Source of the DNA: Mustelus asterias
Lineage: Eukaryota
Reading direction: 5' to 3'
DNA length: 64,000 nucleotides
Assembly: GCF_964213995.1 (NCBI RefSeq)
Contig: NW_027590121.1
Location: 186,001 to 250,000 of the forward strand
The notes below the pieces were generated by a model that had not been told where the DNA came from, searched no databases, and saw only the letters and a program-made list of their open reading frames with translations. The first letter of the stretch is position 1. The number at the start of each line of letters is the position of its first letter. A program made the position numbers and the translations under genes. Positions 24,598 to 37,892 of the stretch are shown in pieces.

Positions 24598-24892
24598 AAG
24601 GTGACACGGTGGTTAGCCCTGCTGCCTCACAGTGCCAGGGACCCGGATTCGATTCCCAGCCTTGTGGAGTCTGTGTGGAGTTTGCACGTTCTCTTCGTGT
24701 CTGCGTGAGTTCCCTCTGGGTGCTCTGGTTTCCTCCCACAGTCCGAAAGACGTGCTGGTTCGGTACATTGGCCATGCTGAATTCTCCCTCAGTGAACCCG
24801 AGCAGGCGCCGGAGTGTGGCGACTATGGGGTTTTCACAGTAACTTCATTGCAATGTGAATGTAAGCCTACTTATGATGCTAATAAATAAATA
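24598..24892 (+). mobile_element. V-SINE, alternative-tail variant
   Basis: Head and core plus AATGTAAGCCTACTT...AATAAATAAA. Confidence 0.85.
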
Positions 24893-25079
24893 GACTGTGT
24901 CCTTTCACTAACAAGACCAGCAGCAAACATTCCCCATCCCCAGGTATCTGTGGGCAAGATGATCTTTGGCTTTCTTGAACTTTGCAGCCCATGTGGTGAA
25001 GATGCTCCCACAATGCGTTAGGTAAGAGTTACAGGTTATTCACCCAGTGATGATGAAGGAACGATGATACATGTCAATA

Positions 25080-25640
25080 ATAACTATCTCTATTTATATG
25101 TCTTCCATTTCATAGACTTTCCCAGGGCATTTCAAAGAAGTGTTGTACATTAAGTGCCTTTGCAGGTCAGTGAGCTCAGGGGTGATGATGAACAAGACTT
25201 GGTGTGAGTAAGCACACGGCCAGCAGAGATTTGGATGAGAAGTCTTAAAGACTTCAGGGAGATTGAATGTAGGAGGCCGGGAATGCATTCAGATAGTTAA
25301 GTCTGGAGTTCTCGAAGGGATGGATGAGAGTTCCAGCTGCAGATGAGCAGAATCAAGGACAGAGTCAGATGATGTTACTGAGATGGAAATTGGCAGTCTT
25401 GGTGATTATTCAGATATGAGGTCAGGAGCTCAGTTTAGAGTGAAAGCTGTTGTTGAGGCTGGGAACAGTCCGGTTCAGTCTCAGACAGTTGTCAGGGAGA
25501 AGGATGGAGTCAGTAGTTTGGGAGTGGAGTTTGTAGCGGGGACTGAAGAGAAACAATGGTTTTCTTCTTTCCAGTAGTTAAATGGAGCACATTGCTGTTC
25601 ATTCAGTACTGGATATCCGACAGGGCAGGACAGTGTGCGA
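25080..25640 (-). mobile_element. Old L2-like LINE fragment, repeated at about 26600-27130
   Basis: Shared text AGGTCAGTGAGC.CAGGGGTGATG...GTTACTGAG.TGGAAAT...CTCAGACAGTTG.CAGGGAGA; clade assignment tentative. Confidence 0.5.
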
Positions 25641-26019
25641 GTTGGAGGGGAATTTGGAGATTATGGTGTTCGAATGCAACTGGTCCTCCTTGGTGCGGAA
25701 GTTGAAGGTTTGGAGAATTTTGTCAAAGTTCTAGAATTCAAAATAGAAAATCACCTCCTTTGCCCCTGCGTCTTTCACCTCTCTCCCCTCCCGTAGAGGC
25801 CAGAGTCTTGTGTAGGCCCAGACTGGGTGGTAAGTCCCCTTCCCTAAAGGACATTAGTGAACCAGTTGGGTTTTTATGACAATCCAGGAGCTTCCATGAT
25901 CACTTTTTCCTAGTGTCGACCCCACAGATTACCAGATTCATTCAGCTCAATTTCATAACCTGCCTTTGTGTTTTTGTGGGCACTCTCTCACTCCCTTTTC
26001 TCTGTTTTAAATTAATTTC

Positions 26020-26562
26020 ATGAGGTATTGAAAGAGGAGGATATGTAGTCAGGAAACTCAAACCAAACATTCACATCAGGATCTGATGGAGTGTCCAAAT
26101 TATGGGATTTTGACCATTGAAGGAAAAAGCACTGTTCACAGTGGGGAAAAACCGTACACATGTTCTATGTGTGGATGAGGCTTCAACCAATCGTCTAACC
26201 TGTCGAGACACTATCACACCGGGGAAAACTGTGGAAACATGAGGACTGTGAGAAGGCCTTCAGTTACCGTCTAAACTGGAGACTCAGCGATGCAGTCACA
26301 CAAGGGAGAGGCTGTGAACTGGCTCTGAGTGTGGGTTGGGATTCAATAAGTCAAACAACCTGTTGAAACACCAGCAGGTTCACTCGGGGGAGAGGCCATT
26401 CACCTGCTCTGTATGTGGGAAACGATTCACTCAGTCATCATTGCCCGTGACACAACAGCGAGTTCACACTGACAAGAGACCTTTTAAATGCCCAGACTGT
26501 GGGAAGTGCTATAAAAGTTCCCAGGAACTGACATCCCATCAATATGTTCACACTGAAGAGAG
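26020..26562 (+). pseudogene. Decayed ZNF paralog of ZNF-D
   Basis: Mutated acceptor and start, stops and frameshifts; residual fingers in ORF 26336-26608. Confidence 0.85.
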
Positions 26563-27407
26563 GCTGGAATTAGGGGAGAGCATCGATGATGGAGAATTGT
26601 GTGACTGAAGGATATTACAGAGGGAGGAGTGGTCGCAGTCATGGAGAAATTTGGAAACAAGAACAGGAATTTTAAAATGTTAGTGGTTCTTAAACAGGAA
26701 CCTTTATAGGTCAGTGAGCACAGGGGTGATGGGTGAACAAGTCTTGAATAATTACACAGACAGCAGAGTTTTGGATGACCTCAGGATTGCAGGGAGGCTG
26801 AATGCGGGAGGCCAGCAAAGAGTGCTCTGGGAGAGTTAAGTCCAGAAGTAACAAAGGAATGGATGAGAGTTTCTGAACAAGATGATTTGAGACTCGGGCG
26901 ATGTTACTGAGGTGGAAATAGACATTCTGGGTGATGGTGAGGATATGTGGCTGGAAGCTCAGTTTGGGATGAGCCAGGACACTGAGGTTGTGAGAAGTCT
27001 GGTTCAGCCTCAGACAGTTGCCAGGGAGAGAGAGTGGAGTCTGTTGTGAGGACTGAAGACAACGGCTTTGTTCTTAATATTCAATTGGGGGAAGTTTCTG
27101 TTCATCCAGTACTGGATGTCAGACACGTCAGGATGGTGTGTGAGTTGAAAAGGAACTTGGAGATGATGGTGTTCCCATACGCCTGCTTCATTGCTCCATC
27201 GAGGTGGTGGAGGTTGTGGGAGTTTGAAATATTTGAAATTCCTTTTTTCCTGTGCTGCCCAATTCTGTCTCGCCCTCTCCTACTTCTGTCTCTCTGCCTC
27301 TTCCCCCTCGATCTCTTCTCCCAGATTGTCCAGAGTCTTGTGTCACCCCTGACCAGGGAGCAGGTTTCCTTCCCTGAAGGACATTAGTGAATCAGTTGCG
27401 TTTTTTT

Positions 27408-27692
27408 AAAGTTAAAAGTTTATTCATTAGTCACAAGTAGGCTTACATTAACACTGCAATGAAGTTACTGTGAAATTACCCGAGTCTCCACAGTCCGGCG
27501 CCTGTTCGGGTCAATGCACCTAACCAGCACGTCTTTCAGACTGTGGGAGGAAACCGGAGCACCCGGAGGAAACCCACACAAACTCCGGGAGAACGTGCAA
27601 ACTCCACACAGACTATGACCCAAGCCGGGAATTGAACCTGGGTCCCTGGCACTGTGAGGTAGCAGTGCTGATCACTGTGCCACCGTGGCGCC
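27408..27692 (-). mobile_element. V-SINE, alternative-tail variant
   Basis: Reverse complement of the 24598-24892 type. Confidence 0.85.
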
Positions 27693-27953
27693 TAATGACA
27701 ATCCGGCAGTTTCCATGGTCACTTTTTCCTGGTGCCGGCCCCACAAATGACCAGATTAATTCAGCTCAATTTCACAACCTGTCTTTGAGTTTCTGTGGGT
27801 TCTCTCTCACTGCCTTTTTTCCATTTAAATCAATTTCACAGGGTTTTAGAAGAGGAGGATTTTCAGTCAGGAAACACAAAGCGAACATCACATCAGGATC
27901 TGATGGAGTCGCCCAATTTATTGTAACCATTGTATCATTATTGGATTTTGAAC

Positions 27954-29228
27954 ATGGAAGAAAAAAGCATCGATTGCAGTGGGGAGAATCTGTACACGTG
28001 TTCTGTGTATGAATCATCTGACCCCACGAACCACAAGTGCCGTCACACTGAAGAGAAGCCGTTGAAATGTGGGGACTGCGAGGAAGGATTCCATTCCCCA
28101 TCTGAACTGGAAATTCACCAGCGAGTTCATGCTGGGGAGAGGCCGTTCACCTGCTCTGTGTGTGGGAAAGGATTCACTCAGTCGTTCAACCTGCTGAGAC
28201 ACCGGCAAGTTCACACTGGAGAGAGACCATTCACCTGCTCCAAATGTGGGAAGGGATTCACTCAGTCCTCCAATCTGCTGGTACACCAGAGAGTTCACAC
28301 CGGGGAGAGGCCATTCACCTGCTCCCAGTGTGGGAAGGGATTCATTCACACAAGCAACCTGCTATCACACCAGCGAGTTCACACTGACAAGAGACCTTTT
28401 AAATGTCCAGCATGTGGGAAGTGCTTTAAAAGTTCCCGGGAACTGACACACCATCAGCAAGTTCACACTGAGGAAAGACCTTTTTACTGTTCAGAATGTG
28501 GAAAGGGCTATAAAAGTTCCTGGGAACTGACGTACCACCAACGTGTTCACACTGAGGAGAGACCGTTCAGGTGCTCTCACTGCGGGACTGGGTTCAGGCA
28601 ATCATCTCAACTCACTGTACACCAGCGAATTCACACTGGGAAAAGGCCATTCACCTGCACGGAGTGTGGGAAGGGATTAAGTCGGTCATCCCAACTCATG
28701 GTGCACCAGCGGGTTCACTCTGGAGAGAGACCTTTCAAGTGCCTCGACTGTGGGAATTACTATAAAAGTTCTGGAGAACTGAAATCCCATCAGCATGTTC
28801 ACACTGACAAGAGACCGTTCAGATGCTCTCACTGTGCAATTGGATTCAGGCAATCATCCCATCTCACTGAACACCAGCGAATTCACACTGGGGAGAGACC
28901 GTTCACCTGCTCCAATTGTGGGAAGGGATTCACTCAGTCCTCCCAACTCATGGCTCACCAGCGGGTTCACACTGAGGAGAGACCTTTCAAATGCCCAGAC
29001 TGTGGGAAGTGCTACAAACGATCTGGAGATCTGAGGTCCCACCAACGTGTTCACACTGACGAGAGGCCATTCATGTGCTCTCAATGTGGGACTGGGTTCA
29101 GTCGATCGTCGATACTAATTGAACACCAGCGAGTTCACACTGGGGAGAAACCATTCACCTGCTCCAAGTGTGGGAAGGGATTTACTCGGAAATCCAACCT
29201 GCTGACGCATCAGCAAATTCATAAGTGA
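27954..29228 (+). CDS. ZNF-D: C2H2 protein, 14 fingers
   Basis: Intact ORF from MEEKSIDC to IHK*; acceptor TTTCACAG at 27841. Confidence 0.9.
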   Translation: MEEKSIDCSGENLYTCSVYESSDPTNHKCRHTEEKPLKCGDCEEGFHSPSELEIHQRVHAGERPFTCSVCGKGFTQSFNLLRHRQVHTGERPFTCSKCGKGFTQSSNLLVHQRVHTGERPFTCSQCGKGFIHTSNLLSHQRVHTDKRPFKCPACGKCFKSSRELTHHQQVHTEERPFYCSECGKGYKSSWELTYHQRVHTEERPFRCSHCGTGFRQSSQLTVHQRIHTGKRPFTCTECGKGLSRSSQLMVHQRVHSGERPFKCLDCGNYYKSSGELKSHQHVHTDKRPFRCSHCAIGFRQSSHLTEHQRIHTGERPFTCSNCGKGFTQSSQLMAHQRVHTEERPFKCPDCGKCYKRSGDLRSHQRVHTDERPFMCSQCGTGFSRSSILIEHQRVHTGEKPFTCSKCGKGFTRKSNLLTHQQIHK

Positions 29229-29829
29229 AGGCAGGAGTTAGAGTTTGCTGTTAATCACACCCAGGACTGAACAACATTCATTAGGGTCCTATTCTGCTGG
29301 TGTTCATAAACTGCAGCTCGGTAATAGGTGTTAATGTTCTGGATAAAATTAAACTGAATCAGTTTTGTGTCAAACAATATGTGGCAAATGTTTTTAATAT
29401 TAACACAAGTTAGTTGCTTTTGAAGTGAGCTTTCTCTGGACCAAGATTTACTCTGGCTACTTGTTTCCTGTTGTTTCCTTTTTTTTACACTGCTTGGATA
29501 GGTATGATCCCATTCAATAAGAACAATATGCAACGAGAGAGTTCGGGGAGTCCATTCAGCCCTCATCATTTGACTGTCAAGTTGACTTGGACGAAATGCA
29601 TCATCTGTAAGGCTGTATTTATATCACATTCATAGCCCGTCCACCAAGTCACAGCTCATACTGAGCCAGAGGATCTACCATTTTACAGCCATAGGGGTGT
29701 CACACCATGCCAAATATATGAACATTTCCATTAGTGGATGGAAATGATGGCAGTCTGGGGGCCCAATTGGAGACACAAGCACAGAAATATGGGGGAATTG
29801 ACCATGTTAATGTGGGGATTTGTCACAAA

Positions 29830-30600
29830 CCTTCGTCTTCATCAATGACATGTTGAAGGCTCCAGAGGAGATGCCGTAGCTTCTCCGCTCCGGGGAAGTA
29901 CTGGACGACAAAGGGTATTCTGTCCACCATGTCCCGTGTTTGTCTTCTGAGGAGGTCGGTGCGGTTTATCGCTGTGGCACGTCGGAACTGTTGATCGATG
30001 AGTTGAGCGCCATATCCTGTTCTTTATGAGGGCATCTTTCAGCGCCTGGAGGTGTCTGTTGCGATCATCCGAGCAGATCCTGTGTATACGGAGGGCTTGT
30101 CCATAGGGGGTGGCTTCTTTAACGTGTTTAGGGTGGAAGCTGGAGAAGTGGAGCATCGTGAGGTTATCCATGGGCTTGCAGTATAGTGAGGTGCTGAGGT
30201 GACCATCCTTAATGGAGATGTGTGTGTCCAAGAATGCAACCGATTCCGGAGAGTAGTCCATGGTGAGTCTGATGGTGGGGTGGAACTTGTTGATGTCATC
30301 ATATAGTTGTCTCAGTGATTGTTCCCCATGAGTCCAAAGGAAGAAAATGTCATCAATGTATCTAGTGTATAGCATCGGTTGAAGGTCCTGTGCGGTGAAG
30401 ATGTCTTGTTTGAACCTGTGCATGAAGATGTTGGCATATTGAGGTGCGAATTTGGTCCCTATGGCTGTTCCGTGTGTCTGGATGAAGAACTGGTTGTTGA
30501 AGGTGAAGACATTGTGGTCCAGGATGAAGCGGATGAGTTGTAAAATTGCATCTGGAAACTGGCAGTTGTCGGCGCTGAGCACTGAAACGGCCTGAGTGGC
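29830..30600 (-). mobile_element. Penelope-like element RT fragment
   Basis: FTFNNQFFIQTHGTAIGTKFAPQYANIFM...RYIDDIF...FLDTHI...SFHPKH. Confidence 0.85.
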
Positions 30601-30739
30601 CTGCTCATAGTTCGTTTGTTCATATATTCTTATGTCTCTTTTCCTGGAAATCTCTCTCTCTCTCTTGGGAATGTGCATCACACAACTTTTCCATTCGCAC
30701 TGATGATTGAAATCTTTTTGAACAGGGCATCAGTGTTCC

Positions 30740-30915
30740 TCTGACATTTGATCGCTGATGATAGTCGTGTCCAAATGAATCAAGATGTTTCTGACTGAAA
30801 ATCCTTCCATTCTAATCCCTTGTAAATAAAAACATCTATCAAAGCAATGAATGTAAGCACAGGATAGAAATTTGAAACTGATATTCTGGTTGTCACGTAA
30901 CATTCTCCTCCCTTT
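30740..30915 (-). pseudogene. Orphan ZNF-family acceptor/exon-start remnant
   Basis: CAGGATAGAAATT..AAAC and TGTAAA segments homologous to 23310-23400 and 42695-42780; no fingers follow. Confidence 0.5.
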
Positions 30916-30934
30916 CTGGAAAGCATTCTTTCTG

Positions 30935-31385
30935 GTTGTATCACAACTTGATATTGCTCCTGCTCTGTCCAAGACCACAAGAAACTACAAAGGGTCATGA
31001 ATGACCTAATCCATCATGCAAACCAGCCTCCTATCCATTGACTCTGTCTACATTTCCCACTGTCTTAGAAAAGCAGCCAGCGTAATCAAGGACCCCACGC
31101 ACCCTGGACATTCTTTCTTCCACCTTCTTCCATCGGGAAAAAGATATAAAGGTCTGAGAACATGTATAACCAAATCGAGAACAGCTTCTTCCCTGAGGCC
31201 ATCAAACTTTTGAATGGAACTACCTCACATTAATTTGATCTTTCTCTATATCCTAGCTATGACTGTAATACTACATTCTGCACCCTCTTCTTTCCTTCTC
31301 TTTGTCAGTAAAACGTACAAGAAACAAAACTTCTCACTGTCTACTAATACATGTGACAATAATAAATCAAATCTAATCAAATTTC
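30935..31385 (+). mobile_element. Rex1/Babar-like LINE 3' fragment
   Basis: KAASVIKDPTHPGHSFFHLLPSGKRYK; AATAAATCAAATCTAATCAAAT tail. Confidence 0.75.
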
Positions 31386-31689
31386 AAACTTTAAACATCT
31401 GCCTCCTCCCTATCAATTGTAAGCCTAATTCTTTTGACCATCCTCCTTATTTTTCCCCAGTTCTCCCCCAAGGACGCTGCTGACTCTGGGGTTCAGTTTC
31501 ACATTGAGCTATTCCACTCCCCAATATGTCACCCAGGTGTCGAAATTTTTACACCTGAATTTTGCGAAGGCGGCTTCGCTATCAATTCCAGTGACTACCC
31601 AGATGTACATTATATCCGGATGGAGTCACTTCGCCTCCTCCCCATCCCATCCATCACAATCCCAGGTGTTTGGAGACTGGGCTCCGGCC

Positions 31690-31960
31690 AAGTAATGGCA
31701 GCCGCAGCTCCCACAATCCCCCGCGCTGAGAAAATCGCTCTCTTCGCCGGGTGGGACTGCGCATGATTAACCCAGAGAAGTTCTGCGCATGTGCGGAGGA
31801 TAGCGTTTCCCATTGGCCAACAACTTCGAGCGATCCGGGGTCAAAGTGTCTCCCACTCACTTCCGCTGCACCACTGTCTTCATGAGGGCATTGACCAATG
31901 GGAGGAATTGGAGGACCGGAAGAATACTGGTCCTCCAGCCAATCAGAGTGCGGGCTTTGT
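31690..31960. promoter_or_regulatory. CpG promoter of ZNF-E, probably bidirectional
   Basis: ZNF143/Staf-like CTCCCACAATCCCCCGCG 31708-31725; two TGCGCATG; CACTTCCG (ETS); several CCAAT boxes. Confidence 0.7.
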
Positions 31961-33439
31961 GACAATGCAGATTGGATTTCAGACAGACTGAAACCTCCTC
32001 CTGTCGTCAACATCTGTCAGTAAAACACTTTGTTTTCTTCTCTCCTTTTTCTTCTCATTCTGGGGTTAAATTGGGGACTTGCAGCAACTGAAGGGAAAGG
32101 AAGTGAATTCAGGGAGGCTGCAGACTCTGGAAAGGTTGGCCCAGGTATCTCTCTCCCTCTTAAAGACATTGACATCCTTTGCTTCCCCAACTTGTCACAT
32201 TTATTTGTCTGGTTAAGAGGATGGTCTCTTTCCTAATGTTCACAATTTAAAGGGATGATTTCCCGAGGAAATAGCTGAAATTTAAGGGGCAGTAAATTAA
32301 TATAGGACAGAGATGTGTGCAGTCTTGTAATATGGTACAAATTAGATATATTATGCATGGTCCAGTAATAAAGTTCATTTTTTATTATTTTTAGTTTTGT
32401 TAATACTGTAACTAAGTAGTTTATTTTCAGTAATCGGGTTATTGTATCACACAAGGAGTCGATTCAGCAACTCAAGTCCATGCTAACTCTCTGTAGAGCA
32501 ATCCAGTCAGTCCCATTCCCCCTTAAGTTCATAAGATATAGGAGTATAATTAGGCTATTTGGCCCATCGAGTCCACTCCGCCATTCACTCATGGCTGATA
32601 TGCTCCTCATCCCGTCTGTATCCCTGTTCCCCTGCCAGTCTATTTTGACTGCCCATCTAATTTCATTTTGAAATATTGAATGTATCAAAATGCACCACCC
32701 TCATAGCCAAAAAATTTATATTCAAGAACGTTCACTGTTGAAATGTTCTATCTCATAGCCTTGCTGTACTTCTAATTATTAAACTGGTCCCCTATGTTAC
32801 ATACATTTTACTTCGCTAAGTATATTTAGGTATTTAGACGAGCAACCTGCATGAAGATATCTCAGTGCTGGAGAAGAAGGACTGAGCATGGATTTGTTGA
32901 TCAGCATGAATCAACACCTTCAGGAGAATTGGAAGGGTGTATTATACATACAGCAGAGTGAGGAGACAGGGATAGGGTGTGGGATGGAGATGTACAGATC
33001 CAGAGGAACGAGAAAGGAAGAAATGTTCCACAGAAACTAGAATTGTCTATTCTGAATTTCTGTTTGATACTGACAGTGATGACTTTTGTAAACTCATTTT
33101 ACAGGAAGTTATAAGGGGAAGATTTGCTACCAGCAATCTCAAAACATGTTAAGGCTTAATAGAGTCACTCAAATTATCAGAACCTGAATATCATCAGACT
33201 TTGAATCGAGAAGAAGAAATATTTATCTGTTTTTTCTGTCACATCAGTGTGACTGGAAAGGCACCAAGGAACACAGAGCTGAGTGAGAGTGTCCAGTACA
33301 CTGACTGTCAAAAGACCAGTTACACAGATTGCAAAAATATCACATCATTTACAGCGGGGACAGACAGTGCACATGCTCTATGTGTGGATGAGGATTTAAC
33401 TGATTGTTAAACCTGGAAAGACACAAGGACATCCACACC

Positions 33440-34654
33440 ATGGAGAAATCGGGGAAAGATGAGGATTGTGGTAAGGAATTCCGTATCCCGTCTGCACTGC
33501 AAACTCATCAACATATTCACACTGGGGAGAGACTGTTCCCCTGCTCCAAGTGTGGGGAAGGAGACTGCTCCCCATCTGCCCTGAAGATTCATCAATGCAG
33601 CCACACTGGGGAGAGGCCCTTCATCTGCTCCGAGTGTGGGAAGGGTTTTCTCCAGGCAGCCGACCTGTGGAATCACCAAGCAGTTCACAGTAGGGAGAGG
33701 CTGTACACCTGCTCTGATTGTGGGAAGGGATTCACTCAGTTATCCCACCTGCTGACACACCAGCAAGTTCACACTGGGGAAAAACCGTTCAACTGCTCTG
33801 AGTGTGGGAAGCAATTCAATCATTCATCTGAACTTTTGAATCACCAACAAATCCACACCGGAGAGCGACCATTCACCTGCTCCGACTGTGGAAAGGGTTT
33901 CACTCAGTCATCTCACCTGCAGATACACCAGCGAGCCCACACTAAGGAGAGGCCTTTCAACTGCTCTGAGTGCAGGAAGTGTTTTATTCAGTTATCACAC
34001 CTAGTGACTCACCAGGGAGTCCACAGGAGGGAGAGGCCGTTCCCCTGCTCCGAGTGTGGGAAGCGTTTTATTCAGTTATCACACCTAGTGACACACCAAG
34101 GAACCCACACAAGGGAGAGGCCATTCAGCTGCCCCGAATGTGGGAAACGTTTTATCCAATCGTCACACCTAATGTCACACCAGGGAGTTCACAGCAGGGA
34201 GAGGCCATTCGTCTGCTCCGAGTGTGGGAGGCGTTTTATTCAATCATCCCACCTAGTGTCACACCAGGAGGTTCACACCAGGGAGAGGCCATTCACCTGT
34301 TCCGAGTGTGGCAGGGGATTCATTCAGTTATCCGACCTGCAGAATCACCAGCAAGTTCACACCGGGGAGAGGCCGTTCACCTGCTCTGAGTGTGGGAAGG
34401 GATTCACTCGTTCAGCTAACCTGCAGGCACACCGACGTGTTCACACCAGGGAGAGACCATTCACCTGCTCTGAGTGTGGGAAAGGATTCGCTCTTTCATC
34501 TTATCTGCAGAGTCACCAGCAAGTTCACACTGGAGAGAGGCCGTTTATCTGCTCTGAGTGTGGAAAGGGATTCATGCAGTCATCCCACCTGCTGACACAC
34601 CAGCGAGTTCACAAGGATTCACAAAGGGATTCACTCAGTCATCCCACCTGCTGA
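33440..34654 (+). CDS. ZNF-E: C2H2 protein, about 14 fingers (first one degenerate)
   Basis: Intact ORF from MEKSGK; acceptor TTTTACAG near 33104; family 3' UTR at 34670-34870. Confidence 0.9.
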   Translation: MEKSGKDEDCGKEFRIPSALQTHQHIHTGERLFPCSKCGEGDCSPSALKIHQCSHTGERPFICSECGKGFLQAADLWNHQAVHSRERLYTCSDCGKGFTQLSHLLTHQQVHTGEKPFNCSECGKQFNHSSELLNHQQIHTGERPFTCSDCGKGFTQSSHLQIHQRAHTKERPFNCSECRKCFIQLSHLVTHQGVHRRERPFPCSECGKRFIQLSHLVTHQGTHTRERPFSCPECGKRFIQSSHLMSHQGVHSRERPFVCSECGRRFIQSSHLVSHQEVHTRERPFTCSECGRGFIQLSDLQNHQQVHTGERPFTCSECGKGFTRSANLQAHRRVHTRERPFTCSECGKGFALSSYLQSHQQVHTGERPFICSECGKGFMQSSHLLTHQRVHKDSQRDSLSHPTC

Positions 34655-35873
34655 GACACCAGTAAGTTCACAAGTGATGACAGTGGTTGGATTCTGCTGT
34701 TATTGCTGCTGTTAATCACATCCAGGACTGAACTATGTTCATTTTGACAATTGGTGAAGTGGGAGGGTTGGAGGGTTTCTTTCTGCTGGACTGGCCGGTC
34801 TCACAACTTTGTTTTCAGTGGACTGATGCTCTTTGAGTTTGGGAGAGCACATTTCCACTGAAATGATCCACAAAAAAAAAGCTGATGAATGTGCCAACTC
34901 GACACAGCCACCCAAGGCCCGAATCAAACCTGGGTCCCTGGGGCTGTGAGCCAACTGGTCTAACCACTGTGCCACCATATCATGGACCCCGAGCAAAACT
35001 GGAATCAATGGATATCAAGGGGCAAACTCTCTGCTGGTTGGACTTATACCTGGCAATTAGGAAGATGGTTGTGGTTGTGGAGGGTCAGTCATCTCAGCTC
35101 CAGGACATCAATGCAGGGATCTCTCAGGGTAGTGTCCGAGGCCCAACCATCTTCAGCTGCTTCATCAATAACCTTCCCTCCGTCATAAGGTCAGAAGTGG
35201 GGATGTCCGCCAATGAATACACAATGTTCAGCACCATTTGTGATTCCTCAGATACTGAAGCAGTCCATGTCCAAATACAACAATATCCAGGCTTGGGCTG
35301 ACAAGTGGCAAGTAACATTCATGCCACATAAGTCCGAGGCAATGACCATCTCTAACAGGAGAAGATCTAACCATCACCCCTTGAGATTCAAGGGCATTAC
35401 CATCACTGAATCCCCCTTCCACTATCAACATCCTGGGGGGTTACATTGACCAGAAACCCATAGATACTGTGGCTACCAGAGCAGGTCAGAGACTGGCAGC
35501 CCTGAGGAGAGTAACTCACCTTCTGACTCCCCCACCCAAAGCCCGTCCACCATCTACATGACACAAGTCAGGAATGTGATGGAATACTCTCCACTTGCCT
35601 GAATGAGTGCAGCTCCCAACAACACTCAAGAAGCTCAAAACCATCCAGGACAAAGCAGCCCCACTTGATCAACACACTAACCACAAACATTCACTCCCTC
35701 TACCACCGACGGACAGTAGCAACAGTGTGTACCATCTACAAAATGCACTGCAGGAACTCACCAAGACTCCTTAGGCAGCATCTTACAGACCCAGAAACAT
35801 TACCATCTAGAAGGACAAGAGCAGCAGATACATGAGAATATCACCACCTGGAAGTTCCTCTCTAAGTCACTCA

Positions 35874-37892
35874 TGTCAGGAAAACACAGATAGTTTTAAG
35901 TGATCTATGTTTCTATTGTTAAATATTAGAAATAAAGTATAGATTTAAGTAAGTTTGATTTAGTGTTTCTGTGTAGGAAGAGGAGAACTTTGGTTGGATT
36001 AATGTTGAACAAAGGTGTTTGCATGTGTGGGGGATAGGTTTCAATTGAAATTGTATTCCTGTTGTGCTGAGAGAGTTTATGGCGTGAAAAATAAACGTGA
36101 AGTTGGAGAAGTAATGCATTGTTGCATAGCAACCAGGGGCACCTTTAGGGTGAGAAGGTTTTTGAGTGTAGTATTAGTTGAATTTATAGTCTTTGGTCGT
36201 GACTTTTAAGGGGCGTCTTGACAAATACATGAATAGGATGGGAATAGAGGGATATGGTCCCCGGAAGGGGAGGGGGTTTTAGTTCAGTCGGGCAGCATGG
36301 CCGGTGCAGGCTTGGAGGGCTGAAGGGCCTGTTCCTGTGCTCTGGTGCGGCCGCACTTGGAGTACTGTGTGCAGTTCTGGTCCCCACATTACAGGAAGGA
36401 TGTGGAGGCTTTGGAGAGGGTGCAGAGGAGGTTTACCAGGATGTTGCCTGGTATGGAGGGGAGATCCTATGAGGAGAGGCTGAGGGATTTGGGATTGTTT
36501 TCGCTGGAAAGGCGGCGGCTAAGAGGGGATCTTATTGAAACATATAAGATGATTAGAGGTTTAGATAGGGTGGATAGTGATAGCCTTTTTCCTCTGATGG
36601 AGAAATCCAGCACGAGGGGGCATGGCTTTAAATTGAGGGGGGGTAGTTATAGAACCGATGTCAGGGGTAGGTTCTTTACCCAGAGGGTGGTGAGGGATTG
36701 GAATGCCCTGCCAGCATCAGTAGTAAATGCGCCTAGTTTGGGGGCGTTTAAGAGATCCGTAGATAGGTTCATGGACGAAAAGAAATTGGTTTAGGTTGGA
36801 GGGTCACAGTTTTTTTTTTTAACTGGTCGGTGCAACATCGTGGGCCGAAGGGCCTGTTCTGCGCTGTAATGTTCTATGTTCTATGTTCTATGTTCTATGT
36901 AATTTTCTTTGTTCTTTGTTCTATAGCAGTTGGGGTGAGGAAACGAGAGAGTGAGCAGCTCTCAGCTCTACTAGAAGCAGGAAAGCCATACAATGGAGTA
37001 ATGTGTGCGAAAGCAAGCTCCAGAGGAACTAAAGGACAGTTAGTTTGAGAAACCCGGGAATGGAAAAGAAGCTCCAGGAATATTGAAGAAAAAAAGGAAC
37101 AGCATTGTCTTTTGAACAGGATACTATTCATGGAAGTTAAACTCAGACCTGGGAAGAAAAGAACTGATGAGGTTGGTGACAGACAAACCGCATATCTGAA
37201 TAGTGGGAAGGTTTGATGTCCTTAAATCCAGATTTTGAAGCAATTGTATTCTGTTACGGACTGATGATCTGAGTTTATGCAGAATTTTGGAAGCATGTTG
37301 CAATTCAAGGCAAAGGAATTCTGAGAGTTAAAAACCTAGAGGCAGCTTCTTGCTAAAAGAGTGGAGAGAAAGGCTTGTTTGAAAGGATAATTGGAAGACC
37401 TGGAAGTGGATCTTTGTTGAAAGCAATGGAGAGAAACTTGGTTTGGAAGGAGATATTAACACGTGTCTTTCTGAGAGCGGAGTTTGAAAACACTCGAGAC
37501 AATCATCTGGGGGGGAAATTTGAGGAGAAATCCACAGAGGATCGATTGAGTTGCATCTGCCACTTGGTTTCAGAGTGGGGGTTGTCTGATCACAGCTAAC
37601 CTGTGGGTTTAAAGGAACCATGTGTTTACTGAGAACATTATAGCATAAGGAATTTTAAATCTATGTTATCCTTGAAATCTGGATACATTTGTGAAGGTAA
37701 GTGTGAGTCAAGGAGTATTTTGTTATCGTCAAACTCTTCGTGTTTAATAAATATTTTATTAAAAGCTAATTGGCAGTCCTGAGATTCTGTTCCTTTATGT
37801 TTTCTACAAAAAGTAAAAGTTGCGGTCTTTTGAGCCAGTGTTCCATCCTGGAATCGTCCTGTCCAATTATAACATCAACTGGGATCGTAACA
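35874..37892. mobile_element. Solo LTR (about 1.3 kb net of nested CR1s)
   Basis: TGTCA...TAACA ends; 4-bp target duplication CTCA at 35870-35873 and 37893-37896. Confidence 0.75.
36199..36922 (+). mobile_element. Two nested CR1 3' fragments (inner copy about 36343-36899)
   Basis: Outer tail CCTGTGCT|GTAATTTTCTTTG interrupted by a copy with open ORF 36345-36794 and a (TTCTATG)n tail. Confidence 0.85.

Noticed and set aside
26137-26153. CACAGTG...AAAAACC as an RSS inside ZNF sequence (also CACAGTG near 11753)
   Set aside because: Simply encodes HSGEK/HSEE; no 12- or 23-bp spacing to a nonamer
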